Source: Chiloscyllium plagiosum (Eukaryota). From it: 64,000 nucleotides of DNA. The stretch spans positions 14,177,221-14,241,220 of the forward strand of contig NC_057750.1 of NCBI RefSeq assembly GCF_004010195.1, given 5' to 3'. The first letter of the stretch is position 1. Each line of letters starts with the position of its first letter. The notes below the pieces were generated by a model that was given only the letters and a program-made list of their open reading frames with translations, did not search any database and was not told the origin of the DNA. Positions 1 through 12,835 of this stretch are shown piece after piece. The translations under genes and the position numbers were made by a program.

Positions 1-255
1 CTTTCTCCCTCGACCTGGACGTATCTTCTCAGGAAGGTCAGGACATCAGCTGCTGGGATGTGGGGGTTGTACATATGGATTGTAACAACCTGATTCCTCT
101 GCGCAGGAAGTTCACACAACGGGACTGCCGACAAGATGGAGAACAGAGGTTCCCCTTCCTTCTCCTTGAAGACCTTCAGGAGCTGCTCACAATTCTTCAC
201 GCTCCTGAAGGTCACATCAATATATCCTGCCCCAGGGAAATCCTGCTGGGCAGTA
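1..255 (-). mobile_element. Fragment of Tx1/L1-clade ORF1 (ZCCHC3-like)
   Basis: Minus frame reads QDFPGAGYIDVTFRSVKNCEQLLKVFKEKEGEPLFSILSAVPLCELPAQRNQVVTIHMYNPHIPAADVLTFLRRYVQVEGE, open to window edge; resembles ZCCHC3/Tx1 ORF1 (FDVxFRS...DVxTxLxRH/Y). Confidence 0.65.
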
Positions 256-745
256 CTGTCTTCAGTCAGTATTTGCCAGTTACATGGTCAAGCTTGGTTG
301 TGACCAGGATTTGTATCCACATTTGGATACTCGATGCATTTATCATGATTGTGATTACAGATGACTTCAGCATGTACTTCAAAAATGATCAACGAATACA
401 ATTGTCCTCTTGAAGGGCTTTGCGTCGCTCACTTGTATAGCCCATGAGCTCAGGCTGAAAGAAACATTTACTCTGTTCCAATTTGCATGATTTTAGAGGA
501 CTGTGCTGGTTATGCTTGGCACAGTGAGTCACAGGCTGAGCCGAGCAATCAAATCCAACACTATTCTTCTTGCCACCTCCTGCCTTGGTCCTTTTTTATC
601 CAAGGAAATCTTGCACATCCGTATGAGGCATTGCTGTGCCTGCAATAATATGCAAGTTTTCATCTCCTTACTGGTGGAGTGATATACTTATATTGGAAGT
701 AGTTTAATGAGGAATCATTGTGTTGATTTTTTGGGGTGAATGGAT

Positions 746-1033
746 CCCACAGTGTGGAAGCAGTTCAGCCCATCAAGACATCACTCACCCTCTGAAGAGC
801 AACCCACCCAGACCCAATCCCCTACCCTATTTCTGTAATTTCTGCATTTCCCGTCACTATTCCACCTAATCTACGTGTATTTGGACTGTGGGAGGACACT
901 GGAGAACCTAGAACAAAGCAAAGCACAATGGGATGAATGTGCAAATTCCACACACAGTTGCCCGAGACTAGAATAGAACCTGGGTTCCTGGCGTTGAGAC
1001 AGCAGTGCTAACCACTGAGCCACTGTGCTGCCC
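746..1033 (-). mobile_element. V-SINE (HE1-like), diverged
   Basis: Reverse complement of tRNA head GGCTCAGTGGTTAGCACTGCTG, V-domain and CR1-like tail. Confidence 0.85.
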
Positions 1034-2725
1034 CTGGTTGTGCGAGTTGGGTCTGTACTGATTTGGAGTTAAGAATGAGAAGTGAATTTCTTGGGTGTGT
1101 TTTTTTAGTGTTTCAGATTATTTTCCCTGAAGAGTATTGGAGGCTGAGTTATCAAGATATCTGATCATCAAAGGAGTCTAGGTTTATGGGGTCAGACAGG
1201 AAAATGGAGTTAGCCCACTCTGCCAATCAATAAGCTCATGGTTGATCAAAGTGGCTTTCAGGGGCCAAATTGCTCCTGTTTCTTAACTTTAATTCTGACT
1301 TGTTAGTACACGAAACTGGAAGTGTTGGAATTCAATTTAAAAAGGTAAATAAGATATAATCTCAAGTTTTGATTGAATTTACTACTGAAAATAATTTTTT
1401 TGTACCCGCTATGGTCCCATCGCTATCTGTGTTTCCTACTTCTAGTTTTTTGATGCCAAAAGGTGCAGTTTAAATTGGTGCTGGTAAGTCCATCCATGTG
1501 AGATGAGGAGAGGAGCAACTGTTCAGTAATTCTTGTACATCTCAGCAATGAAAGGCCATGAGGTGTTTCAGGAGTGTGATACTTGAGCAGCATATAGCCT
1601 GTTGCTATTTCAGATATCAAAATCTGTGCACTTCAGTATAACAACAGCCAGCTTACTTTTATGTATGATTTCCTTGCAGTGATCCGGTTCTCAACTTTTT
1701 AATAGGCTTTTTTCCTTAAACAATTGAAACATTGGCATGACCTCTTGAGTTTCCAATTTTCAGATTTGGTCAAATGACACCTGAATCCAGTGCTCAAAAT
1801 ATGGGGCAGTGGGTGAATTTATTCCCAAAATGCCTGGGAAAGTTCAATTATAGGGGCAATCAATCTGAGAAAAGTGAAACCCATGAATAATTAGTCAAAA
1901 CCTGCCTCTGAGGAGCTGTTCCTCCAGTCACAGCTTGTGTCTCTCCTGTGCTTTCTGCAGATGGATTCAGTGAAAGTGGATGGGAAGCAGCTTGTAGTTA
2001 GAGTAGAGAGTAGGCCAAGTGAGAAAGAAAGGAGTAATTGAAGAGAGCGAGCTGCTGAGGAAAGCATTTGCTGAGAGCAAGGGTCCTTTTGCTGGGGATG
2101 GTGAAGCTGAGTTTGGGAGGCTCTGAGGCTCAGCTGAGTGGTGTGGGTTGCTGCTGAGGCTGGGAGAGGGTTTGAAGAGGCTACAAGATGAGAGGAGGTG
2201 AAAGAAAGAGGGGCTGAGGTAACTAATTCCTTGCAAATAAATGTGAAATCTCTAGTTAAGGCTGCATGAGGTCAGGCTTACTACATGAGGGAAACAATGT
2301 TTCAAGTGTTGCATTTAAATCTGAAGCTGAGATTTGAGATGCAAGTTAAAATTTGCAACTTTGTGAATATGTGATTGGTCTTTCTAGTCTATAGATGTTG
2401 TGATTAGGGCAATGGCTTTTTGTGTATAGAAGTGAGAGTGAGAGTTACTTTTTGGGGGTGAAGAAAATCTTCAATGCTAACTTGTACCTCTTGTCTTGTG
2501 CTAAGTTATATCTTAAATGAATGTTTCTTCGTGCATTGTGGCTTGAGGTTTGGTGGAGGGTTAATAACTTACTGAGAATATTGATGAATTCTTCTTATTC
2601 TATTTCTGACAGTCCAAATACCACACACATTGCTTCAAGTAAAGAAGGTATTGTAATGTGATTGCATCACCTCTTAGGTAAGTTGGTAAAGTGGAAAAGC
2701 AGCCCTTGAGAAAATCTTAAGAGAT

Positions 2726-3066
2726 GGGTGGCACAGTGGTTAGCACTGCTGCTTCAGAGGACCAAGGACCCGGGTTTGATTTCAGTCTTGGATGATTGTC
2801 TCTGTCTGTGGCGTTTGCATGTTCTCCCTGTGGCTGTGTGAATTTCCTCTGGGTGCTCCGGTTTCTTCCCACAGTCCATAGATGTGCAGGTTAAGTCAAT
2901 TAGCCATGCCCTGAATTGCTCTATAGTGCCCCGGGATGTGTAGGTTAGTTGAATTAGTCATGGTAAATGCAGGGTCATGGCGATATGATTGGGGGTTGGG
3001 TGGGTGGGATGCTTCTCAGAAGATGGGCCAAATGGCCTCTGTCTGCAGCGTAAGGATTCTGATTCT
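2726..3066 (+). mobile_element. V-SINE (HE1-like)
   Basis: GGCACAGTGGTTAGCACTGCTGC head, GGTTTGATTTC B-box, V-domain TTTGCATGTTCTCCCTGTG...CCGGTTTCTTCCCACAGTCC. Confidence 0.88.
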
Positions 3067-3359
3067 TTAATAGCCCTGGGGGAAATAAAAAAACTTTCTA
3101 CCCTGCTTGAAACCTAATCCCACTAGTGTTCCTGATCAGACTTTATCAAAGTAATGCTTATTCAAATGGTTTTTAATCCAATGCCAGTTTGTCTTGTTTT
3201 AGTTTGCCAGTATAGAGTTCATTTAAGAAATATCAATATCACTTTTCAATATTGTTTTATTTTGATGGTTTAGTTAATGTATTTGAAGTGTTTTCAATTG
3301 GTAATGAAGCCCAACAGTGGTTCATATGTAGTCCAGAATTAATATTAAAGATGTAGTTA

Positions 3360-4575
3360 ACATAGACACGGGAGTAAGCCATTTAATCCCTCAATGTTGT
3401 GCCATTCAGTGAGACCATGGCTGATCTGTGGCCTAATTCCATACACCTATCTTTGGTCCTTATCACTTTTATTACCTTTTTTTGTTTTACAAAAATATAT
3501 CTATCTCAAATTTAAAATTTATCAACTGATCTAAATTTGTGGAAGACAATTCCAAACCTCTAACACCTTTTCTATGTAGAAGTGCTTCCTAACATCTGCC
3601 CTGAGTGATATGGCCCTAATGCTTAGCTAGAAATCTTCTCCTGTGTTTTCCTGTTAATATAATTTCAAGAATTCGATCAGATCATCACTTCATCTTCTAA
3701 TTTTTAGAGAAAATAGGGCCTAATTTGTATATATTTTTTGTGACTTAACCCTTGAAATCCAGGTAGCATACTTGTAAACCGATGTTGTACTCCCTGCAAC
3801 ACCAAACTATCCTTCCTAATATGTGCTCGGATCTGCTCACAGTACTCCAAGTAGTGTCTAACCAGGATTTTTGTATAACTGCAGCGTGGAGTTTGCACGT
3901 TCTCCTCGTGTCTGCGTGGGTTTCCCTCCGGGTGCTCCGGTTTCCTCCCACAGTCCAAAGATGTGCAGGTTAGGTGAATTGGCCATGCTAAATTGTCCGT
4001 AGTGTTAGGTAAGGGGTAAATGTAGGGGTATGGGTGGGTTGCGCTTCGGCGGGTCGGTGTGGACTAGTTGGGCCGAAGGGCCTGTTTCCACACTGTAATG
4101 TAATCTAATCTAAAAAAAAAACCTCTGCATTCTTATGTTCCAGTCTTCTAGATATAAAGGCCAGCATTCCATTACCAGCCTTGATTATTTTCTGCACCTT
4201 TATAGATCAAGGCATATAAATACCCAGCTCCTTTATACATCTACTGCGTATTAGCTATATACTGTTGAGAAAGTACCCATTATATTTTTTTTAGTCCAAA
4301 ATGAATAACCTCAAACTTGTGTTGAAATCCACGTGCCACAATTTTGCCTATTCACCTAATCTGTCAATATTGTTTTGTAATTTTATGCTGTCATCTACAT
4401 GCCACTTAATTTGCTGATGACAAAATTTTTGGATATATGACTTTCTATACCATAATACAAGTTAATAAATATTGTGAATAATTGAGGCCCTAGAACAGAT
4501 CCTATGGGATACCACTAATCACCACCTGCTAATTTGAGCACCACCTATTATCCTTACTTTCTCTCACCTGCCACT
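3360..4575 (-). mobile_element. Old CR1 LINE 3' fragment, interrupted by a SINE
   Basis: Minus translation LVRHYLEYCEQ...LQGVQHRFTSMLPGFQGLS (CR1 ORF2 C-terminus); degraded RT motifs further right. Confidence 0.8.
3886..4120 (+). mobile_element. Young 5'-truncated V-SINE
   Basis: Near-identical to copy at 22851; (TAATC)n tail plus A run. Confidence 0.9.
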
Positions 4576-4658
4576 CAACCATTTAAGATTTACAGCTTGC
4601 AGACTTGAGTGGTAGGGCTTGGTAGCTAGACTTTGATATTTTTTAAAATGGAAATGAT

Positions 4659-7600
4659 GGGATCTAAGATGGCGGCGATCTGAGAAGATCACACTGCAGA
4701 GCTTCACATTGCAGCAGGAGCACGACGGTCCTTTAACCCACCCACCCCAGGTCATCAGGATTTCTTCGGGCGCTGGAAAGATTGTGGAGCCGCAAGAAAC
4801 ATTTAAAAATTGACTTACCTGTATTTTCAGCTGTCCAGAAATGCCTAAAAAGGGAGGAGGAGCATCTGAGGCCAGGCCTGCAGCAGCCTCTGAGCCGATT
4901 ATTCTCCAGGACCTGGTGAACCAGCTCTCGAAATCTCGCGAGATGTTGGGGAAACAGATTGAAGAGAAGCTGGCTCCAGTCTCTCTCATGCTGCAGAAGC
5001 ATGAGCAGCAGCTGGGAGACGTAGAGAAGAGGACGGATGAGGTGGAGCACAGGGTCACAGTGGTGGAAGCTGATGCCAGTTCATTCAAGGAAGAGATCCA
5101 AGCCCTGAAGATGCAGGTTCGTAATTTGCGTGACCAAGTGGATGATCTTGAAAACAGGGGCAGGATAAAAAACATTCTGATCATCGGTCTGCCTGAGGGT
5201 AAGGAAGGTGAGCGGCCTGCGGAATTTGTTGAAGATTGGCTTCCGAAATTCCTTGACTTGGAGACTGGCATGAGAGGATTGAAGATAGAGAGGGGTCACC
5301 GGGTCGCAGCACGGAGGTCGGGTCTGGGTCAACGCCCTCGTCCTTTCCTGGTGCGGTTCCATCATTACCGGGATAAAGAGAGATTCATGGAGGCTTCCAG
5401 GAGAAGGATCCAAAGGTCCTAATTTACGAGGGGTCTAATCATGTTTTTTCAGGACATTTCAGCGGCGGTGATCCAGAAACGAAAATCGTATGATGGTGTC
5501 AAGAGTAGATTGAAGGAGCTTGGGGTTCAGTACTCCGAGATATCCGGCAGTGCTTCGGATCACCTTAGATGGATCCGTGCATCTCTTTGACAAATCGGAG
5601 AAGGCAGGAGACTTTGTGGACAAACTAACCTAATTTAAACAATTGTAATATGTATAAATCTTGTTGCTTGGGTATGTGTTTATAATTCTGTAAAAGAAAT
5701 GGAGGAAATCCGGTTGGAACTTTGTTTTTCCCCTTTTCTTTCCTCTATTGATAATAATTTGGTTCAAACTATGTCTGGCGGTGGTTAAGATGTACATTTT
5801 AAATTTCTAAGTTAGGATATACCAAAGGATGGGTGGGGTATATATTCCTCCTTTTTTTCATAAAAGAATTTTTTTTAAATTCATATTGATATTCTATGGG
5901 GTGTTTATTCTTTTTGGCTTGTGCTTGCGATGTGGCTCTAGCTGGGAGAAGTGAAGGTGGTTGAGATGGTTAGATGCCTATTTATGGGCAGTTCGGGATG
6001 GGTAGTTGCCCCCTCCAGGCAGGGGGTGAGTTCCCCTACTCAGCGCTATTGGCGCTTTATATGTTGGTTTGTTTTCTGGTTTTTGTTTTTTTTTATTTTT
6101 AATAATTTTGTATGTTTGTTAAATGTAATGGTTTTAGTTTATGTAGTTTTTATATTTGGTGGACCATGCGACATTAAGGTTCAGCAATTTGAGGTTCGGG
6201 TTCCTCCTCTCTGGAATTTAAATGTAATTGCAGAAGATTATGGCTAATGATTTGATTAAATGGTGTACTTGGAATATCAAAGGAAGTCACTCACCAATTA
6301 AGAGAAAGAAGGTACTCTTGAGTCTTAGAAAGGAGAAGGTGGATATTGCTTTGCTTTGTTACAGGAGACACATTTGGATGACAAGGAGCATCTGAAATTA
6401 GTGCAGAATGGCTTTGACCGAGTTTATTTTTCATCATTTTAATACCAGAAGTAGGGGAGTGGCTATATTGGTAAGGAAAAATCTCTCATTTAAATTGTTG
6501 GAATGTGTTAAAGACACATACAGGAGGTTTGTAATTCTTAAAGCCTTGATAAATGGGGAAGAATATGGCATTTTAAATGTTTATTGTCCCCCAGCTCATC
6601 CTCTTAAATTCTTGGTAGATGCATTTCTAAACTGATAAGTCTCAAGTCTCGGCACATCATTATAGGGGGAGATTTTAACTGCCTCATGGACCCCACAGTA
6701 GACAGGTTGCCTAAAGGACCCTCAATACCCTCTGCACAAACTAAACAGTTATTGGGTTTGTGTGAGGAATTAGGATTGGTGGACATCTGGAGGTATCTCC
6801 ACCCTACAGGTAGGGATTTCACGTTTTTCTGCAATCCGCACAGATGTCACACGAGGATTGAATTTTTTTTTTCTGACCCCTGCGGTAACCCTGGATCTGC
6901 TGGCATTGGTAATATTGCCATCTCTGATCATGCTCCAGTGTATCTCATGGTTAAAATTAAGGATGTTACAGTGGATTCAAGGTACTGGTGAATGGACCCC
7001 TTTATTCTCATGGACAGCAAGTTTGTGGAGTATTTCTCTAGGGAATTTTGGGCATTCCTAGACATCAACATAGGCTCGGTTGATAGCTCATCTGTTCTCT
7101 GGGAAACTGCCAAAGCTTATGCCAGAGGGTTAGTTATTTCATATTCCACAAGTAGGAAGTGGCAGAAGGGTGAGCAGCAATGTCTCCTTGAAGCACGGTT
7201 GAAGGCAGCCAAGAAGGCCTATTTTGACAGACCCTCGTTGATCAAACTACAGAGGATTACGCCACTGCAGTCTGCACTAAATTCTGTGCTCATGCAGACG
7301 GCAAAGGAGGAGCTGGCTTTTGCAAAGCAAAGGTTATATGAGCATGGTGACAAGCCAGGCAAATACTTAACATACCTTGCCAGAAAGAGAAGTGCCCCAC
7401 AAACCATTACAGTGATTAGGGTAGGGTCTGGGAACCTAACGTGATTCTAAAAAGATTAATGTGGCGTTCCAGAGATTCTACTCTAAGTTATATCAGTCTG
7501 AGAATTGTGAGGAGGGGCAGGCCAAAATGGAATCCTTTTTTAGAGATCTGAAGCTCCCGGGTGTGACTCCCTAACAACGGTCCTTTCTCAATGCCCCATT

Positions 7601-9181
7601 ATCAGAACAAGAAGTGCAGGAAGCTGTGAGGCAGCTTCAGAGTGGAAAGGCGCCCGGTCCTGATGGACTTCCCAGTGAATTCTATAAGGAATTTATAAGT
7701 ATACTGTCAGGCTCCATGCTGAATATGTTTAATGATTCGTACAGTCCATGTTTGTCTCCCACCATCTCTGAGAGAGGCCAATATTTCACTTATCCTTAAA
7801 AAAGGGAAGGATCCGGAAGACTGTGCTTCATACAGGCCCACCTCGCTCTTAAATGTGGACTTTAAGATCCTCTCTAAGGCTCTTGCATTAAGGCTGGCGA
7901 CTGTGTTACCCTCTATTATTAAAGAGAATCAGATGGGCTTCATAAAGGGTCGCAGATCCTCCAATAACATTAGGAGGCTGCTTAACATAATTCAAGCATG
8001 CCAACAGCAATCAATACAGGGATTGGTGATTTCTTTAGGTGCAGAGAAGGCATTTGACTGAGTTGAGTGGCTGTACCTTTTCTATACTCTAGAACGGTTT
8101 GGTCTGGGCGACGTTTTCATAAGATGGGTCAAGATTCTCTACAGTGTACCCCTCGCTGCGGTCATTACCAACGGGGTACGATCTGTCCCCTTTCACCATT
8201 ACTTTTTACATTGGTGGATGAACCGTTGGCAGAGGCCATTCGTGGGGATCTCAATATATCAGCTCCAGATGTGGGGTCAAAATTACATAAGATCTTGCTG
8301 TATGCAGATGATGATCTAATTTTCTTGACAAATCCAGTAGTCTCAGTGCCTTGCCTGATACAATACATTCACGCGTTTGGTGCTTTTTCAGGGTATAAGA
8401 TTAATTTTGCTAAATCAGAGGCAATGCCTATGGGTGGTCTTAGGAAAGAGTTGGCTCTTGAGAGTGACTATAGATTCCCATTTAGGTGGTCACAGGGTTT
8501 TTTTTGTGTATTTGGGCATATTCATTACTCCAGTTCTGGATTGGCTGTTCAAAGCCATTTTTATTCAATTATTTGAAAAAATTAAACAAGATCTATCCAT
8601 TGTATTTTCTGCAGACTCTCATAAGTCAAAACTTTTCAATATTCTTACATTCTGTGCAAGGAAGGATATCTTGCTAGATTGGATATCAGAAAATCCCCCA
8701 GGCCTGTTGGGTTAGTGGAAGATTGTTATGGAGCATATTCCCTTGGATTTTCTCACAAATATGGTACACCACAAAACTGAGAATTTTTACAAAACATAGC
8801 AACTCTTTTTGAAATACCTGAACACAGATTTATCTGCCACTAACAAGGGCTTTTATATAAGCCGTAACGATTGTGTTTCATGAGTCCACTATCCAGGGCG
8901 GAGGAACTGTGAATGTAGAGTGTTTTGTTTGGCTGGGCTGAGTTATTACTATTTATTTGTTTGTTGTTTAGGTATTTATTTAGTTAGTTAAATAGCTAGT
9001 TTTTTTTTTAAATTTTATACTCTATATATGTTTAAACATTCGCATAAGAGGGTGGGTTGGGGAATTTTTTTTATTATTTGGGTTTAGTTTTGTATTATTT
9101 TTGTACTGTTTTTTGAATTGCATTGTTTTGTATTTGTAATATTTAAAAATCTATTTTTTCTTAATAAAAATATATTTTAAA
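4659..9181 (+). mobile_element. L1 LINE, both ends present, internally deleted and frameshifted
   Basis: TSD AAAATGGAAATGAT at 4645-4658 and 9182-9195; ORF1 from 4841 (coiled coil, DLENRGRIKNILIIGLPE, IERGHRV); ORF2 from 6240 (TWNIKG, LQETH, GGDFN, ISDHAP, GKAPGPDG, YADD at 8301); AATAAA at 9163. Confidence 0.95.
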
Positions 9182-9264
9182 AAAATGGAAATGATACTTG
9201 GAATGATTTGGAAAATTTGCAGACTGACTTCTTCTCTTAGCATATATTTCACAGGCAGTGTAAA

Positions 9265-9478
9265 GTTACCTTAGTCTTAACCAGACCTACAGCTACGCTC
9301 TCCTTTAGACAGAGACCGTTGGTGGTTTAACCTGAGTCCACCATGCCTCAAGCAAGGGACGAGATTGAGAAAGAGAATCCATCACGGTAACCTCAGCTGG
9401 TGCAGGAATTGAACCCATGCCTTTGGCATCATTCTGTATTACAAGCCCACCCATCCAGTCAACTGAACTAAATTGACA
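9265..9478 (-). mobile_element. tRNA-derived SINE, unclassified family
   Basis: Reverse complement has A-box-like start and GGTTCAATTCC B-box; related copy at about 54020-54175. Confidence 0.65.
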
Positions 9479-9774
9479 TCTCCTGCATGCAAGCGATGAG
9501 TGAATTTGACTTTACTGAAAGCAGTGGAAAAACTTTAGCCTGGAGCCTTCTTGATACCCTTGCATGTTAAGTAGGCAAAATACTTTCAAGCATACGATGA
9601 AAAGATGCATAGAGTAGTTGAAAGATTAGGGAAAATAATACTTTCGCATTACTAGGGTGCCATCAGTTTTAAATCATAGACAAGAAAAGGTAATCACAAA
9701 CACTAGGCATTCATTGCACTGTAGAATTTGATTTTCAGCTTCATTCAGTAATAAAACTGTCACAGTAAAACAAA

Positions 9775-10130
9775 AGTGTAGGTTCAAACATTAATCCCGA
9801 GACTTAAACACACAAAAGATAAAGTTGACACCTCCATATAGTACTGAAGGAATGCTGCACTAGCAGAGGAGCTATTTTTTGAGTGAACAGTGAACCTGAG
9901 GCTCCATCTGTTCAAGGAATGTAAGAGCCCAGGATGCATTTTGAACAACGGTGTCCTCATTACTAATTAACTCCCAACTAATGCCACTATAACGCCTTTC
10001 TTATTTGTCGCATTGATTGTAAGACTACTCAGATTTGCTGACAAAATTGTCTACGTTACAGAAGTGACTTCAAAATAACTTTATCAGCTGTTATGCACTG
10101 AGTTGTCCTAAGTATTGCAAGGCGCTAAAC
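9775..10130 (+). mobile_element. Deu-domain SINE (SacSINE1/AmnSINE1-like), diverged
   Basis: GACACC...AGTACTGAAGGAATGCTGCAC...GAGG resembles the Deu domain, followed by an L2-like tail. Confidence 0.6.
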
Positions 10131-10719
10131 ATTTTTTCTTTTTTTTTTGTTTTCATTGAAACTTAAAGACACCTATCCAAGGGGGATCAAGATGTTGTTA
10201 GAAACATTACAATCATTTCAGAAAATACATTTTTTAGATTTTTCAGCCTTTGTACATTTTATGCAGATTCAGAATGAGAGATTGTAGTGATGATTTAGAA
10301 AATTGCAAAATTTGTAAGTTTTTACTGTGGATGGTAGGCAGAGTGAATTGTAAAATTCAGTGAAATGGTAGTGTGGAGAGCAAACAAATGTTAAATTATT
10401 GTCTGTCAGTGTCCAAGAGTGAATTAATTGTGTTGTAATATTATAGTATTAGATGAGCTGAGTACTGATGATACCAGTGATGTAATGTTTGGAGAATTTA
10501 AAACTTCATATTTTGTGAAAAATCAACTGAATATGATTTTAGAACCAGTTCTGAGGTTCTGCGATGAAATGTAGATGTAGAGACATGTAAGTGCAATTGT
10601 GTGAAATGTGTGTCTTCCTCATTTTACCAGCAGTGGTAGTCCATTTATTTTAAATATATTGAAGCTTTCAATAAAGAAACTAAAAGGAAATTTTAAATTG
10701 CAACATAGATATGAGGTTG

Positions 10720-11290
10720 GCTGAGTGACAGGAAGTAGAGAGTATTAGAGATGCTGGGCTTATTTTTCTGAATGGAGGAAAGCATACAGTAGGATTTCCC
10801 TGGAGTTGATATTAGCATGCTGCTTTTTCTGATCCATGTTAGATCTTGGGTATATAGGAGAGCAGGAATAGAAACTAAAGAATACAAGTGCACAGGCAGT
10901 TTAAGATGGCAGAGTAGGTTTCTTAAAATGGCCAAATGAGCTAAATAAATCAAAGCATAAATTAAAACATTGGTGAACCTTGAGAAAATGATAGCATTGT
11001 TCAATTCTCGATATCGCAATTCAGGAAGACCATGAAGTGTTTAGAGACAGTACAGAAAAGATCCATGAGAATGGTACCATGAATGATGGACTTGAAGTTA
11101 TTTGGATAAATTGGATGAGCCAGGGTTGCTCTCCTTAGGGAAGAGAGCTTTGGAGGAGTTGATCAAGGTATTCAAAATTCTGATGGATCATGGACAGTAA
11201 ATGGTGAGACTGCTCCCGTTGGCAGAAGGGTTGAACTTGGGGCTGCTGTTTTAAGGTAATTGGTTCTTTCATTATTGGTGAGATAAGGAA
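10720..11290 (+). mobile_element. Degraded CR1 RT/3' fragment
   Basis: Remnants of WLSDRKxRV, 'GxPxG' and 'VQKRxxRMVP' coding stretches. Confidence 0.6.
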
Positions 11291-12024
11291 AGCTTATCTC
11301 ACCAAACTATGCTGGTGTTGCTTTTAGCTGTTTGTGCTCTCTGTGGTCTTTTTGCTTTGTCTTGTTATTCAGAGGTGCAAAGTGCAACTGCATAAATTGT
11401 GATTAAGCTGTGATTAAGGCTGGCTGCAGAGAAGTGCTCAATGTGTGAATGGTCTATGCTAATAATTATTGCCTCCTGCTTTAGAGATACTAGAGTTTCC
11501 AAATTCCCTTCTTAATTTGTAAATTTATTTTGCCAACATCAATCGGATATCAATGAAAAGCAATTCCTGACCTCAGCAGTACAGTTGACCAAGTTTCCCC
11601 CTCTGTTTCAAAGACAAATAGGAGTAGGCAATAAATACCAGCCTAATGCCCTTCATGTGTGGGATAGAAAGCAAACTGTGATAGTAGACTGGGAATGAGG
11701 AGTGCTCTGAAAACTCTCCCTGCCCAGCTGCACCCCTGAACCACAGTTCAACACCCTCTTGTTAGTTCTGGTAGATTACTCCATTTTAAAGGTTGCAGAA
11801 GCCAAGTGGACTTGGGTTAGTTGAATGTATTCTTTTAAATGTTTTCCTGATTTGGTGTATCATTCTCTTATGTCAAATAATTCACTGAGTAAATCAGTAA
11901 AAGAATGCACAAACTGCTTATGAAATATCCTTTTTGCCTGAACCATGGAATCATAAAATACTGAAGTGACTGGCTGTATGACTGTGAGGCCCTTTGGCCC
12001 ATTGAGTCTGCACAAACAAAACTA

Positions 12025-12210
12025 GGCAAAAGTGAGGACTGCAGATGCTGGAAACAGAGTCTGGATTAGAGTGGTGCTGGAAAAGCGCAGCAGGTCAGGC
12101 AGCATCCGAGGAGCAGCAAAATCGACGTTCCGGGCAAAAGCCCTTCTTTAGGAATGAAAAATTTTCTTGCTCCTCAGATGCTACCTGACCTGTGCTTTTC
12201 CAGCACCAAC
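12025..12210. mobile_element. Penelope-like terminal repeat, partly palindromic, inserted in a CR1 tail
   Basis: GTGAGGACTGCAGATGCTGG...AAAAGCGCAGCAGGTCAGGCAGCATCCGAGGAGCAG followed by its partial reverse complement; flanks AACAAAACTA / AACAAAAACTA. Confidence 0.75.
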
Positions 12211-12835
12211 AAAAACTACTCTAAATCTACATGAATCCCACTTTCCAGCACTTGCCCCATAACTTTGAATGTTTTACAATTAAGTAAAAGTAACTACAGA
12301 CATGAGGGAGGAGCTGGCCAGAGTTGATTTGGAATAGGAGCCTGACAGGGAAGGTATTGGAACAGCAATGGCAGGAGTTTCTTGGGGTATTTCAGGAGGC
12401 ACAGCAGAAATCCTTCTCGAGGAAGAAAAAACATATGAAGAGGAGGGTGTGGCAACTAGGACTGTCTTCTACCTACATTGGCATTAAAATATTCCTAATG
12501 TAATGTTGGAATTGTGTATCCAGCCAGTATTTATACAAAAGCTATCCTGAATGCTTCTTTAAAGACAGATTTCACAAATCTCCATAATCAGCATGAATCT
12601 TCATATAGAGTCAAACACCTGTGCTGCATGGGTTTGGTCGGGAGGGCAGTGATCCTATTGGATTTGATATCTGTTTATTTTGCAAAGTAACGATAGAAGC
12701 TACTGGGCTATCGATTTCAACACGGCAACTTTACTTATCAAGCAAAAGACAGCCACTATGTAACTGAGGTCAGATCTGGTTGATATGTAAATGATAAGAT
12801 ACAATAAAGCAAGTAAGTTTTATATGCTAATGAAA

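Noticed and set aside
4813..4821. U1 snRNA 5' end (ACTTACCTG)
   Set aside because: No further U1 sequence follows.
4564..5413. Antisense ORFs over L1 ORF1
   Set aside because: Shadow frames of a coiled-coil ORF; no independent evidence.
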